A stretch of DNA of 64,000 nucleotides, from positions 32,001-96,000 of IMG/VR virus record IMGVR_UViG_3300046535_002009. One strand, 5' to 3'. The notes under the pieces were generated by a model that saw only the letters and a program-made list of their open reading frames with translations, searched no databases and had not been told where the DNA came from. A program made the position numbers and the translations under genes. Shown in pieces: positions 1 through 9,085 of this stretch; positions within the stretch are counted from its first letter, which is position 1, and each line of letters begins with the position of its first letter. The DNA is from a virus.

Positions 1-2
1 CC

Positions 3-107
3 TTCGACTCTCCCGGCGTCCTGCCCGGCCGGCCCGACGAGAGCTCCGTCGAGAAGTGGCTCCACGCGGTTCGCGCCACCTACTACCGGCCGGAGGCCGA
101 CCGATGA
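3..107 (+). CDS. 3' end of an upstream gene, probably a predicted nucleotidyltransferase (Pol-beta superfamily); partial
   Basis: Frame reads FDSPGVLPGRPDESSVEKWLHAVRATYYRPEADR*; the LP..PD...VE.WL..VR tail resembles C-termini of this family; TGA overlaps the next ATG (ATGA). Confidence 0.5.
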   Translation, partial: FDSPGVLPGRPDESSVEKWLHAVRATYYRPEADR

Positions 108-1018
108 TCACCGTTCACCTCACCACCGGACTCCCCGCCTCCGGGAAGAGCACGCACGCACGGCACCTGGTCGCCGAGTCCGGCGGTCGCATGCGGCGCG
201 TCAACATGGACGACATCCGGGCCATGCTCGATGACCACGGCAGCGGCCGGGTCTGGAGCAGGGAGCACGAGAAGACCGCGCTCGCCGTCCAGGACGCGGC
301 GGTACTCGCCGCGGTGGCCGACGGCTTCGACGTCGTGGTCGACAACACCCACCTCACCACGCACATGCCCAGCCGCATCCGAGCGGCGCTCACCGGCCAG
401 GACGTCACCTTCGTCATCCACGACTTCACCCACGTCCCGCTCGAGGAGTGCCTGGCCCGGGACGCCGCCCGCCCGGCGCCGGTCGGCGAGGACGCGATCC
501 GCCGCCTGCACCAGCGCCTCCAGTCCGCCCGCAAGAGCGGCTGGAAGCTCACCGCGGAGTGGATGTCCGGCCGGCTCCCCGTCGAGCCGTACACGCCGCT
601 TCCCGGCCTCCCGCCGGCGGTCCTCTGCGACATCGACGGCACTCTGGCCCTGCACGTCTCCCGCGGCCCGTACGACTTCGAGCGGTGCGGCGAGGACGCG
701 CTGAACACCGCGGTCAGCGACACCGTGGACCTGTTTCGCGACGCCGGCCACCGCATCGTCCTCATGTCCGGGCGCAGCGAGGAGTTCCGGCCCCAGACCG
801 AGGCCTGGCTCGCCAAGCAGGACGTCGCCTACGACGAGCTGTGGATGCGCGCCACCGGCGATGTCCGCCGCGACGACGTGGTGAAGCTGCAGCTGTTCAA
901 CACCCACGTCCGCGACCGGTACCAGGTCGTCCTCAGCCTCGACGACCGCGACCGCGTCGTCGCCCTCTGGCGGACGCTCGGCATCCCGACCTTCCAGGTC
1001 AACTACGGCAACTTCTAG
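104..1018 (+). CDS. pseT: Polynucleotide 5'-kinase/3'-phosphatase (T4 PseT-like)
   Basis: N-terminal P-loop GLPASGKST, VVVDNT; C-terminal HAD DIDGTL, SGR, DDR..VV..WR..G. Confidence 0.9.
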   Translation: MITVHLTTGLPASGKSTHARHLVAESGGRMRRVNMDDIRAMLDDHGSGRVWSREHEKTALAVQDAAVLAAVADGFDVVVDNTHLTTHMPSRIRAALTGQDVTFVIHDFTHVPLEECLARDAARPAPVGEDAIRRLHQRLQSARKSGWKLTAEWMSGRLPVEPYTPLPGLPPAVLCDIDGTLALHVSRGPYDFERCGEDALNTAVSDTVDLFRDAGHRIVLMSGRSEEFRPQTEAWLAKQDVAYDELWMRATGDVRRDDVVKLQLFNTHVRDRYQVVLSLDDRDRVVALWRTLGIPTFQVNYGNF

Positions 1019-1025
1019 GAGCAGC

Positions 1026-1934
1026 GTGTCCCGCGTCTACTTCCGCTCCCCGTCGGGCTGCGCTGAGCTCCACGGCAGCGAGCGTGCCCGGCTCGGCGGC
1101 ATCGCCAACGACATCGCCATCGGAGCGCTCCACCTCGACGACCACCACATCATCGAGCGCCTGCAGCAGCTCATCCCCGACGGGCACTTCATGACCCGCC
1201 AGCACCCCAGAGGGCCGGATTGGGCCCTCACCTGGGCCGACAGCTTCCGAACGGCCCTGCTGGTCAACTTCGGCCAGACCCCGCTCATCGCCTACCGCGG
1301 CCAGGAGGTCGACGCCTTCGACCTCGTGCTGAACAGCGCCCTGGCGCTCGGCAACGACGCGGTCAGGCTCGGGGTCCGGATTCACGGCCAGTGCGAGATC
1401 CACGGGTGGGTCGACGGCTCGAACCGGGCTTGGCTCGCCGACATCATGCAGGCCGGACTCGATGCGGGTATCTACCGGCACGGCTTCTGGCGCGAGCCGC
1501 TGCCGGGCAGTACCGCCCCGCGGCAGTGGCTGAGCCAGGGCTGGGACGAGGTGATCGAGTTCCTGCGAGCCCAGGACGACGAGCCGGTCGTCATGTCGTA
1601 CTCGGTGACTGACGGCTTCCCCAACGAGATGGTCGGCGACTGGATGCCTCCTTGGCCTGCTGACGTCCCGAAGAAGCTCGGCTGGGACGGACTGAGCGAG
1701 GAGCAGCAGACGGAGCGACAGACCCGGGCGGACGCCTGGTGGGAGCTCGACGACGCCGAGCAGTGGCGGATCTCCATGGCCGGGCTGCGGCAGCACGGCG
1801 GCGGCCGGGAGCTGCGCCCCGGCAACTGGCAGGAGTTCCGGTTCGGCCACCGCCTGTCGGTGCTGGACCTGGTGGCCCAGGACTGGGAGGACCGCCTCGC
1901 ACGGGCCCTGGGTCTTGTGGCTACCGCAAGTTGA
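1026..1934 (+). CDS. Hypothetical protein
   Basis: 302-aa ORF with AGGAG RBS and GC-rich third codon positions. Confidence 0.75.
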   Translation: MSRVYFRSPSGCAELHGSERARLGGIANDIAIGALHLDDHHIIERLQQLIPDGHFMTRQHPRGPDWALTWADSFRTALLVNFGQTPLIAYRGQEVDAFDLVLNSALALGNDAVRLGVRIHGQCEIHGWVDGSNRAWLADIMQAGLDAGIYRHGFWREPLPGSTAPRQWLSQGWDEVIEFLRAQDDEPVVMSYSVTDGFPNEMVGDWMPPWPADVPKKLGWDGLSEEQQTERQTRADAWWELDDAEQWRISMAGLRQHGGGRELRPGNWQEFRFGHRLSVLDLVAQDWEDRLARALGLVATAS

Positions 1935-2032
1935 TCGGTCTCGCCTGCTGGCCAGTCGTATCCCCGAACCCGCGGCCGGCGACTCCTCGCCGGTCTACGC
2001 TGACCCCGGGTGTGCCTGGGAGGAGAGAAGTG

Positions 2033-2566
2033 ATGTACCAGATGCGTGAGGCGACGGCCTCCGACGCCAGGCCGATCGCCGAGATGGTGCGGGCCCGCTC
2101 CGCATGGCTGTCCGCGCGTGGGCTGGGCGAGTGCGCGGACATGGCCGACGAGTACGGCTCGCAGGCGGGGAACCCGGCGTTCCCCGTGTGGGTGCTGGAG
2201 CACGAGACGGACGGAGTCGTCGGCTGCACGTCCACCTTCGGCAACGAGGCGCTGCCCCCGTTCGCGTTCAGCGAGGAGGAGCGCGCCGAGCCGACGCTGT
2301 TCCTCGCCACGACGTTCACCGTGCCCAACCCGCACCGCCTCGGCCGGCTGATCGCCTGGTGGGCGCTGAACCGGGCCGCCGAACAGGGCCTCGCATGGGT
2401 TCGCCGCGGGACCGGCCAGGAGCAGCTCGCCCGCTACTACCAGGAGGCGCAGGGCTGGGAGCTGCTGCGCGTCGTGGATCGGCGCGGGGCGAAGGTCTTC
2501 TTTCTGCAGCGCGAGGCCGCTGCGGTGCCGGAGCTGGCCGACCTGATGGCCGGCCGCGGCCTGTAG
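2033..2566 (+). CDS. GNAT-family acetyltransferase
   Basis: MREATASDARPI start, WVLE..GVVGC, RLGRLI..WA, LARYY...GW; AGGAGAG RBS. Confidence 0.75.
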   Translation: MYQMREATASDARPIAEMVRARSAWLSARGLGECADMADEYGSQAGNPAFPVWVLEHETDGVVGCTSTFGNEALPPFAFSEEERAEPTLFLATTFTVPNPHRLGRLIAWWALNRAAEQGLAWVRRGTGQEQLARYYQEAQGWELLRVVDRRGAKVFFLQREAAAVPELADLMAGRGL

Positions 2567-2568
2567 CG

Positions 2569-2617
2569 ACACGCCGAGGGCCCGCAGCAGAGCGACTGCT
2601 GCGGGCCCTCGGCGTGT
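2569..2617. terminator. Bidirectional terminator hairpin
   Basis: Perfect 22-bp stem ACACGCCGAGGGCCCGCAGCAG / CTGCTGCGGGCCCTCGGCGTGT with 5-nt loop between convergent genes. Confidence 0.85.
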
Positions 2618-4198
2618 TCAGCGGCGGGTGAGTGCGGAGTCCGCCAGTAGTGCGAAGACGACTTCGTGGTCGCCTGCGGCCGGGGTGCCGTCCTCCAGCC
2701 GGTCGGCGACCTGGCCGAGGCCGTCGGGGTTCAGCAGCCGGGCGTCGATCAGCGGGGAGCCGTCGGCCAGGATTCGGCGGATGCGGGGCACACCGTGGCG
2801 GCGCATGGCCTCGGTGATGATCTGCTGAAAGTTCTCCACGATCGGCGGCCGGGCGACCTGAGGCGGCATGCCCGTGCGGGCGATGATCACCCGGAGCACC
2901 TGCTTGTCCCGCCGCCATTCCAGGGGAAGCCACTCGCAGAACCGGACAAGCGCCGGATCGGTGAGCGGGTGGGCCGGCCACAGACCGTGGCGCAGGAACG
3001 CCGGGCCGCAGACCGCCTTCGCCATCAGCGCGGTCTCGGGGACGACCGCGGCCGGGGTGATCGCCGTGTCAATGTCCGGCAGGAGGGCCTGGGCGGCGGT
3101 GCCCAGCCACGGCGGAGTGCTGGTCGGCTCGAACCCTCCCCAGCCGCCGGTGTCCTCGGCCGCGGTGGTGGCCATCAGCTCGTCTCCGCCGATGCCCGTG
3201 AACACGGCCCTGATTCCCGCCTGGGAGAACCGGCCCGAGAGGGTGTCGAGGGCATCCGCGTAGATGTCCGTGGTCGGGGAGACCCATACCGGCCGACTGA
3301 ACCGGGAGACCGGCCCGTACGGCAGGTGGTCGGCGGCCTGCACGGCCAGGCTCGACCAGCCGGACGCGATGTGGTCCAGGAGCAGCTGTCGCCGATCGGA
3401 CTGCTGGGCGCCGCGTTCGGCGTCGAGGATGACCGTCCCGGCGGTCACGCCGGCCCCCTGCGGGGCGGTACGCATGGCCAGGGCGACCGTCGTGGAGTCC
3501 ATCCCGCCGGACAGCTGCACCGCGGTCTTGGAGCCGGTCCACGGCAGGCGCGTGACGGCCCGCTCCAGCAGGTCGGCGAACAGCGGGATCGGGTCCATGC
3601 CCTGCTGGAGCGACCGTGCCCGGCTGTGCTCCGCGGGAGCAGGGAACTGGATGGCGAGCGCCCCGTCCACTCCGAAGTGGGCTGTTGCCCGCTCGGTGAG
3701 GAGCCGGACGTCCTGCCAGAAGGTCGCCGCCGAGTACCGGGCGCGCAGGGCGAGGTGGCGGGTGATGGCGAGATGGTCGAGCCGGTCCGGGCGCTGCTGG
3801 TCGCGGAGGTTCATCAGGTCCCACGAGCCGTACAGGACACTGCCGTCGGCGGCCAGGTACTGCGGGGCGGTGCACGCGGTGCCGGTCGTGACCTGGACGG
3901 CCCGGCCGGGTTCGACATGGACGGCAGTCCAGTCGTCGTGGAGCTCGTGCAGCTCGCGGACGGCCTTGTCGTAGGCGCCAGCCGAGACGGTGGCCACCTC
4001 GGGCCGGCCCGGGCGCTCGCCGCTGCGCCTGGCGGACGAGGTGAACAGAGTGCGGGTGCCGTCGGTGAGGGCGGTCTGCTCGGTCAGGACGTGGCGGTAC
4101 GGCTCGATCCAGGACGTCCCGCACTGCCAGCGGCTGGCGCACCAGGCCCAGGTCCGGCCGGGGAGGTTGTCGTCGTGGGTGATGCGGAGGTCGAACAT
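2618..4198 (-). CDS. Asparagine-synthetase-like ATP-dependent ligase (lasso-cyclase-like)
   Basis: PP-loop LSGGMDS, FTGIGGDEL, HPLTDP..V.F, DKQVLR; no N-terminal catalytic Cys of glutaminase-active AsnB; GAAGGG RBS. Confidence 0.85.
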   Translation of the reverse strand: MFDLRITHDDNLPGRTWAWCASRWQCGTSWIEPYRHVLTEQTALTDGTRTLFTSSARRSGERPGRPEVATVSAGAYDKAVRELHELHDDWTAVHVEPGRAVQVTTGTACTAPQYLAADGSVLYGSWDLMNLRDQQRPDRLDHLAITRHLALRARYSAATFWQDVRLLTERATAHFGVDGALAIQFPAPAEHSRARSLQQGMDPIPLFADLLERAVTRLPWTGSKTAVQLSGGMDSTTVALAMRTAPQGAGVTAGTVILDAERGAQQSDRRQLLLDHIASGWSSLAVQAADHLPYGPVSRFSRPVWVSPTTDIYADALDTLSGRFSQAGIRAVFTGIGGDELMATTAAEDTGGWGGFEPTSTPPWLGTAAQALLPDIDTAITPAAVVPETALMAKAVCGPAFLRHGLWPAHPLTDPALVRFCEWLPLEWRRDKQVLRVIIARTGMPPQVARPPIVENFQQIITEAMRRHGVPRIRRILADGSPLIDARLLNPDGLGQVADRLEDGTPAAGDHEVVFALLADSALTRR

Positions 4199-4239
4199 CA
4201 GCTGTCGGCCCTTCGTGCGCCGGTGAGGGTGGACGCGGC

Positions 4240-4270
4240 CCGGCCGCAGCGGACGTGCCGCTGCGGCCGG
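4240..4270. terminator. Intercistronic hairpin between peptide gene and cyclase gene
   Basis: 13-bp stem CCGGCCGCAGCGG / CCGCTGCGGCCGG, 5-nt loop. Confidence 0.65.
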
Positions 4271-4281
4271 ACGAGGGACTG

Positions 4282-4440
4282 TCAGACAGCCGTGGTGTCG
4301 TACGTCTGGACCGAGTCGCTGGACCCGGCGATCTTCTTGTACGAGTACCGGTCGGTGGTGTCCATGACCTCGTACGCCGGCTCGTCGCCGAAGATCCGGC
4401 CGGCGGCCTCCAGCAGCATGCGCTCGTCGGTGATGATCAC
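4282..4440 (-). CDS. Putative RiPP precursor peptide, 52 aa (not in the ORF track)
   Basis: MIITDERMLLEAAGRIFGDEPAYEVMDTTDRYSYKKIAGSSDSVQTYDTTAV; GAAGGGA RBS before GTG; almost all third positions G/C; directly upstream of the cyclase-like gene. Confidence 0.75.
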   Translation of the reverse strand: MIITDERMLLEAAGRIFGDEPAYEVMDTTDRYSYKKIAGSSDSVQTYDTTAV

Positions 4441-4706
4441 GGGCCTGTTCCCTTCACCTGGGCTTGGACGGCCCCCTCGCCAGGTCGGTAAGGGGGCCCG
4501 GCACCAGCCGGTTGCCGGTGTCGGCGCCGGCCCGGGGTGTGCCTCTGGCTGGCCGGCGCACCATCAGGTAACCGCTCGGGTCGCGCGTGCGGCAGGGCTC
4601 CGAGGCCAATCTGCAAACGGCATGCAGAACACGCACACGCTGTGCGCGGCCCGTCGCTCCGGGTGTACCGTCAGGACTGTTGCCACACTCCCGAGTTGGA
4701 GGACAG

Positions 4707-6059
4707 ATGGCGGTGCCCACGGCCGGGGGCCGGGAGATCGGAGCAGTGATCCGGGGCGCCCGGGCAGAAGCCCGGATGACGCAGCAAGACCTCGGAGAGA
4801 AGTGCGGATACTCCGCGTCCACGATGAGTCGCGTCGAGGCCGGCACGCTCCGGCCGACCCCGGAGACCCTGCTGCGCATCGCCGAGGCCCTGGACCTGCC
4901 ACCGCAGCGCCTGGGCATCGTCCCGGTACCGGCGCAGCGGCGCGCCTCCCCGAGCTGCTCCCCCGCGGCCGGTCCGGCGGCTAGGGTGGCCAACGGTGTG
5001 ATGCAGGCTCAGCAGGAGGTCCCAGTGCGACGTAGAGAACTGCTGGCTGGCATGGCGGGCACCGCGGCCGCCGCCATCATCCCCACCCCCGCAGCGGCAG
5101 CAACCGCCTCGACATCGGACGACGACCTGGCCGCCGCACTGGAGCGCGCCCTGTACGCCCCGGACGCCATCGGACCGGCGCCGGCGGCCGTCGTGGAGCA
5201 GCACCTGGCCGCCGCCCGGGGCGACTTCACCGCGGCCCGCTACGGCCGCCTCGGTCAGGCCCTGCCCGGACTCATCGGCGCCGCCGAGGCCGGCCGCGAC
5301 GCATCGGCTGGCGCCGCCCGCGAGCGCGCGCACTCCACCGTCGCCCGCGCGTACGTCCTCGCGACCGAGCTCGCCGTGAAGCAGCACTCCGACATCGCCT
5401 GGGTCGCCGCCGACCGAGCGCTGGCCTCGGCCCGCGCCGGCGGCAGCCCGGTCGTGATCGGCGAGGCGGCCCGGGTGCTGGCCATCACCATGCGCCGCTC
5501 CGGACGGCCCGCCGCAGCCGTCGACCTGCTGCGCCGCACCGCCGCAGACCTTGCCGACCAGCGTGGCGCCGCACCGCAGGCTGTCGCAGCGACCCTGATG
5601 TTCACCGCGGCGTACACCGCCGCGTGCGACCGGCGCCGCAGCGACGCCCTCGACCTCATGGCCGGTGCCGACGAGGCGATCCGTCGGCTCCCGGCCGACA
5701 CGCCTGCAGCGCCGCTGTTCACCGTTGACGCGACTGCGGCGCAGCGCGACCTCTACTGGATCGGCGTGCACAACGCCCTCGGTACACCGGACGAGGGCGT
5801 GCCCTACGCCGCGCGCCTCACTGCCGTGGCGCTGCCGACCGCCGAGCGCCGCGCCCGCCTCGGCACCGACACCGCCCGCATGTGGCACCAGCTCGGCGAC
5901 CAGCGCCGCACCTTCACTGCGCTGCGCCTCGTCGAGCAGGCCGCCCCGGAAGAGGCGCGGCGGCCGGCGCTGCGCGCGCTGACCGCCGACCTTCTCTACT
6001 CACCCGCCCCGCTGCCGGGGGTGAGGGAGTTCGCCCGCAGGACCGGCGCGGCCTCCTGA
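4707..6059 (+). CDS. XRE-family HTH regulator with long helical C-terminal domain
   Basis: IRGARAEARMTQQDLGEKCGYSASTMSRVEAG; GGAGG RBS; divergent from the peptide gene. Confidence 0.85.
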   Translation: MAVPTAGGREIGAVIRGARAEARMTQQDLGEKCGYSASTMSRVEAGTLRPTPETLLRIAEALDLPPQRLGIVPVPAQRRASPSCSPAAGPAARVANGVMQAQQEVPVRRRELLAGMAGTAAAAIIPTPAAAATASTSDDDLAAALERALYAPDAIGPAPAAVVEQHLAAARGDFTAARYGRLGQALPGLIGAAEAGRDASAGAARERAHSTVARAYVLATELAVKQHSDIAWVAADRALASARAGGSPVVIGEAARVLAITMRRSGRPAAAVDLLRRTAADLADQRGAAPQAVAATLMFTAAYTAACDRRRSDALDLMAGADEAIRRLPADTPAAPLFTVDATAAQRDLYWIGVHNALGTPDEGVPYAARLTAVALPTAERRARLGTDTARMWHQLGDQRRTFTALRLVEQAAPEEARRPALRALTADLLYSPAPLPGVREFARRTGAAS

Positions 6060-6952
6060 GCGCGCGGGGCCGGCACTGCCCCGAGCTCCCGATCGTCCCG
6101 TTTCGACTCGAAGTAGCGCAGCTGGGTGCTCTCGACATGGACTCGGGTGGGCGGCCAGGACTCGTGGTGCTGGTTCCGCATCGCATGCCGGAACCGCCAG
6201 CCGCCGTCCTCGTCCGGGATCGGCTCAAGGCCGTTGCATGCGACGAGGACCCGGACCGATCCGAAGACCCCCTCGTCGTGACCATCGTCCCAGCGGACGG
6301 CCGCCTCCAGGTCTACAGTTCCGGGACCGCCAGCCTCGCGTTCCTCGTGCTGGCGAATCCAGTCGGACAGCGGCCGGTATGCCTCGAACTCCAGGGTCTC
6401 GCTCTGGCCGGTCTCCAGGGTCAGTGTCAGAGGTTCCCTGGTGAAGGTGGCATGAGGGCCGTCAGGAGCGAACTGGCCAGTGACGTTCACCGTGGCGTCC
6501 GGCCCAAGGTTTTTGATCGTGAAGGAGTAGCGCAGGCCGGCAAGCACGTTGCGGTCGCGCGGCGTCCGGTAGACATGGTCCCTTTCGAGCGGCATGCCAG
6601 GCGCATTCGCGGCGATGCCGATCCGCAACGGCCTGAAATCCAGGCTCGACTGCGTGACTTGGATGTGCGGGGCACGGGCGGCGAGCCGGGCCTTGGCCGC
6701 ATCCACCGCCCCGCGCTCGGCCACGGCCAGTGCATCCTGCGCGATGCGATTCGCCTGCTCGCTCAGCTCATTGGCTTGCCTGGCGAGCTCGTTCGCGCCG
6801 TCGCTACGAGCGTTCGCCTGCTCGGCGGTGACGTTGGCGCGTTCGCTGTTCCGGTTGGCCCTCCGGGCGGTGTGGTGCTGGGCGATCGCCCAGATCCAAC
6901 TGCCCGCTGCTGCTGTCGCGGAGGCGAGGGCGATCTTGTCCGAGGTGTTCAT
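5996..6952 (-). CDS. Hypothetical protein with N-terminal hydrophobic anchor and coiled coil
   Basis: IALASATAAAGSWIWAIA followed by AN-rich heptads; TACGGT -10-like hexamer 6 nt before ATG. Confidence 0.65.
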   Translation of the reverse strand: MNTSDKIALASATAAAGSWIWAIAQHHTARRANRNSERANVTAEQANARSDGANELARQANELSEQANRIAQDALAVAERGAVDAAKARLAARAPHIQVTQSSLDFRPLRIGIAANAPGMPLERDHVYRTPRDRNVLAGLRYSFTIKNLGPDATVNVTGQFAPDGPHATFTREPLTLTLETGQSETLEFEAYRPLSDWIRQHEEREAGGPGTVDLEAAVRWDDGHDEGVFGSVRVLVACNGLEPIPDEDGGWRFRHAMRNQHHESWPPTRVHVESTQLRYFESKRDDRELGAVPAPRAQEAAPVLRANSLTPGSGAGE

Positions 6953-7050
6953 GGCGGCACCGTAGTGGTCGGCGCTGACGCGCGATAGGCGTCACCTTCC
7001 GTCTGGTATACAGCGGCACTCTGGGTCGCTGGCAGGGCCCGGCAGGGCAC

Positions 7051-7302
7051 TCAGGTCTGCCCACGGGCGATGGCACTGGCCCGTTCCGGCTTGACGCCGA
7101 TGTGCGGGGCGATGGCGGTGTAGGACAGGCCGGCCGCGTGGAGGGCCTGGAGGTCCTGCTGTCGCATGGTGCGTAGCCAGCGCTGGAGTTCGGGGACGGC
7201 CTTGAGTGCGGCGGTGAGGCGCTGGGCTCGGTCGATGGTGCCGGCGTCGTCGGCGAGCTGCGCGAGAGCAGCGAACGGCTCGGGGAGCTGCGGAGTAGTC
7301 AT
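7051..7302 (-). CDS. Small HTH protein
   Basis: LHAAGLSYTAIAPHIGVKPERASAIARG; TAAAGT 6 nt before ATG (leaderless). Confidence 0.7.
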   Translation of the reverse strand: MTTPQLPEPFAALAQLADDAGTIDRAQRLTAALKAVPELQRWLRTMRQQDLQALHAAGLSYTAIAPHIGVKPERASAIARGQT

Positions 7303-7313
7303 ACAGCGACTTT

Positions 7314-7377
7314 AGCGGGTACCCGCTTGACTGCCTAGGCGCAGCAGTCGTACCGTGAATGCTGTCAGAGCGCAGCA
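7314..7377 (+). promoter_or_regulatory. Early promoter with repressor operator(s) and a 14-bp palindrome
   Basis: TTGACT (7327) -18 nt- TACCGT (7351); operator TGCTGTCAGAGCGCAGCA 7360-7377; degenerate copy 7329-7346; palindrome AGCGGGTACCCGCT 7314-7327. Confidence 0.75.
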
Positions 7378-7401
7378 AATCCTAGCCCGGGAGCCCTCGC
7401 C

Positions 7402-7869
7402 GTGACCACCATCGCCCTCGCCGCTGTCGCGGCCGGCACCCTCCTCACGCTCAGCCCCCTCGACCCGCAGGCCGTACGCGACGCCCACTGCCTCATCAAC
7501 CCCGACGCCCTGCACGAGCAGGACGCCGACGTCACCGCCGACCTCGCGCTGATCGACCGGATCACGGCTTGGCTGCCCCGCTGCACGGAGCGCACGCCCG
7601 CGCTGGAGATCAACCTGCGGGAGCGTCACCACGCCGAGGACCGGCTCCTCGCCGCGTACGGCCACGTCGTCCCGACCGAGGCGCAGCGGCAGGCCGCACG
7701 GCGGGCCTCCGCCCGGGCGACCGCGGCCGTCCACTCGATCGCCGACCGCGCTCACCCGCCCGCGGACTGCCCGGCCTGCCGTGCCTGGGAGGACTGCCCG
7801 GCCGCGGACCGTGCCCACCGGGACGCGCTGCACATCGACTGGGTCACCCGCTGGCACACCGCCGCCTGA
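7402..7869 (+). CDS. Hypothetical phage protein
   Basis: ORF directly after promoter, GGGAG RBS, CxxC..C..H motif. Confidence 0.65.
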   Translation: MTTIALAAVAAGTLLTLSPLDPQAVRDAHCLINPDALHEQDADVTADLALIDRITAWLPRCTERTPALEINLRERHHAEDRLLAAYGHVVPTEAQRQAARRASARATAAVHSIADRAHPPADCPACRAWEDCPAADRAHRDALHIDWVTRWHTAA

Positions 7870-7968
7870 TCCTCCCCCGGCCGAGGGCCAGCCCCTGACG
7901 GGCCGCACGACCTCTTCCCGGCCGTCACGGCGCGGCCGACCTCTCCTCCATCGCGAAGGGCACATCCG

Positions 7969-8181
7969 ATGAGCTCCCTCCTCGACCGTCTCGCCCCGAT
8001 CGACCGCGTCCTCCTCGACGACGACCTGGAGCTGACCTTCACCCACGAGACCTTCGCGGCGCAGCCCCTGCCGGAACCGTGGGAGACCGAACCCTGCGAG
8101 CTGTGCGGCGCGTCCCCGGGCGAGCGCTGCGCCACGGACTGCCCGAACCACGCCCCTGTCGAGGAAGGCACCCCCCGATGA
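7969..8181 (+). CDS. Small zinc-finger protein
   Basis: CELCGASPGERC. Confidence 0.6.
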   Translation: MSSLLDRLAPIDRVLLDDDLELTFTHETFAAQPLPEPWETEPCELCGASPGERCATDCPNHAPVEEGTPR

Positions 8182-9083
8182 CCGACCACACGCCCGAGCA
8201 GCAGGCCGCTGAACGCTTCCGCCTAGAGACGTCCGGCCACCGCCTCACCGTCCTCCAGGACAACGGCCTCTACCGGCACCTGCGCTTCGAGAATCCCCGC
8301 CACGGCAGCCTCTACCGGGCCGACCTGATCACCTGGCCCCACGGCCTGGCGGTCCGCGGTGACGGCCCGAACTTCACCTTCTCGCTCCACCCGACGCGCG
8401 ACCTGTTCGAGATGTTCCGCGGCTCCAGCCAGTTCGGCATCAACCCGGGCTACTGGAAGGAGAAGGTCCAGGCCGGCGAGGTCCTGGCGTGGTCGGAGGT
8501 CAAATTCCGCGACTGGCTGATCAAGGCCGCCCGGGGCGCAGAAGCCCTCCATCGCGGCATCGGTGCCGCCGTCCGCGAGAAGATCCTCGACAGCGACGAG
8601 TACGACCTCGCCCACGAGGAGATGGCCCGGGCCGCAGTCGCCGACTTCGACCACAACGGCCACCACCTGCGGTACCCGGCAAGGTGGGAGTGGAGCTTCG
8701 AGGACTGGTCGTGGGAGTACCTGTGGGGCTGCCACGCGATCGTCCGGATCATCGCCGAGTACGACCAGTTCACGGCGGGTGCATCCGTGCGTGCCACCCG
8801 GTACACGGTCAACGCCGTGCCCGACGGTGCCCTGTCGGACCCCTACCTCTGGGACATCCACGTCGAACGCCTGCGGGACGGCAAGCGCTGGTTCATCACC
8901 AACGGCTACGCGTACCTCGACGCCCGAGGCGTCTGGCACCACACGCTCCATGAGGCCGGCACCCACGGCTTCGAGGAGGCCATGACGCTCGCCCGCGCTG
9001 AGGCCCCGAGGCTGCAAGTCATGGGGCGCACCGCCGCCGAGGCCGTCACCTGGGCCGCACAGCGGTCGGCTCTGGAGGCCTGA
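8178..9083 (+). CDS. Conserved hypothetical phage protein
   Basis: HRLTVLQDNGLYRHLRF..DLITWP..INPGYWKEK motif seen in phage early proteins; ATGA overlap. Confidence 0.7.
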   Translation: MTDHTPEQQAAERFRLETSGHRLTVLQDNGLYRHLRFENPRHGSLYRADLITWPHGLAVRGDGPNFTFSLHPTRDLFEMFRGSSQFGINPGYWKEKVQAGEVLAWSEVKFRDWLIKAARGAEALHRGIGAAVREKILDSDEYDLAHEEMARAAVADFDHNGHHLRYPARWEWSFEDWSWEYLWGCHAIVRIIAEYDQFTAGASVRATRYTVNAVPDGALSDPYLWDIHVERLRDGKRWFITNGYAYLDARGVWHHTLHEAGTHGFEEAMTLARAEAPRLQVMGRTAAEAVTWAAQRSALEA

Positions 9084-9085
9084 CC

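Noticed and set aside
2618-4440. Canonical lasso peptide cluster or housekeeping asparagine synthetase
   Set aside because: No B1/B2 genes, no YxxPxL leader, tail too short to thread; no N-terminal Cys for glutaminase activity
2666-4984. 772-aa plus-strand ORF
   Set aside because: Antisense shadow of the cyclase and precursor genes in high-GC DNA; no motifs
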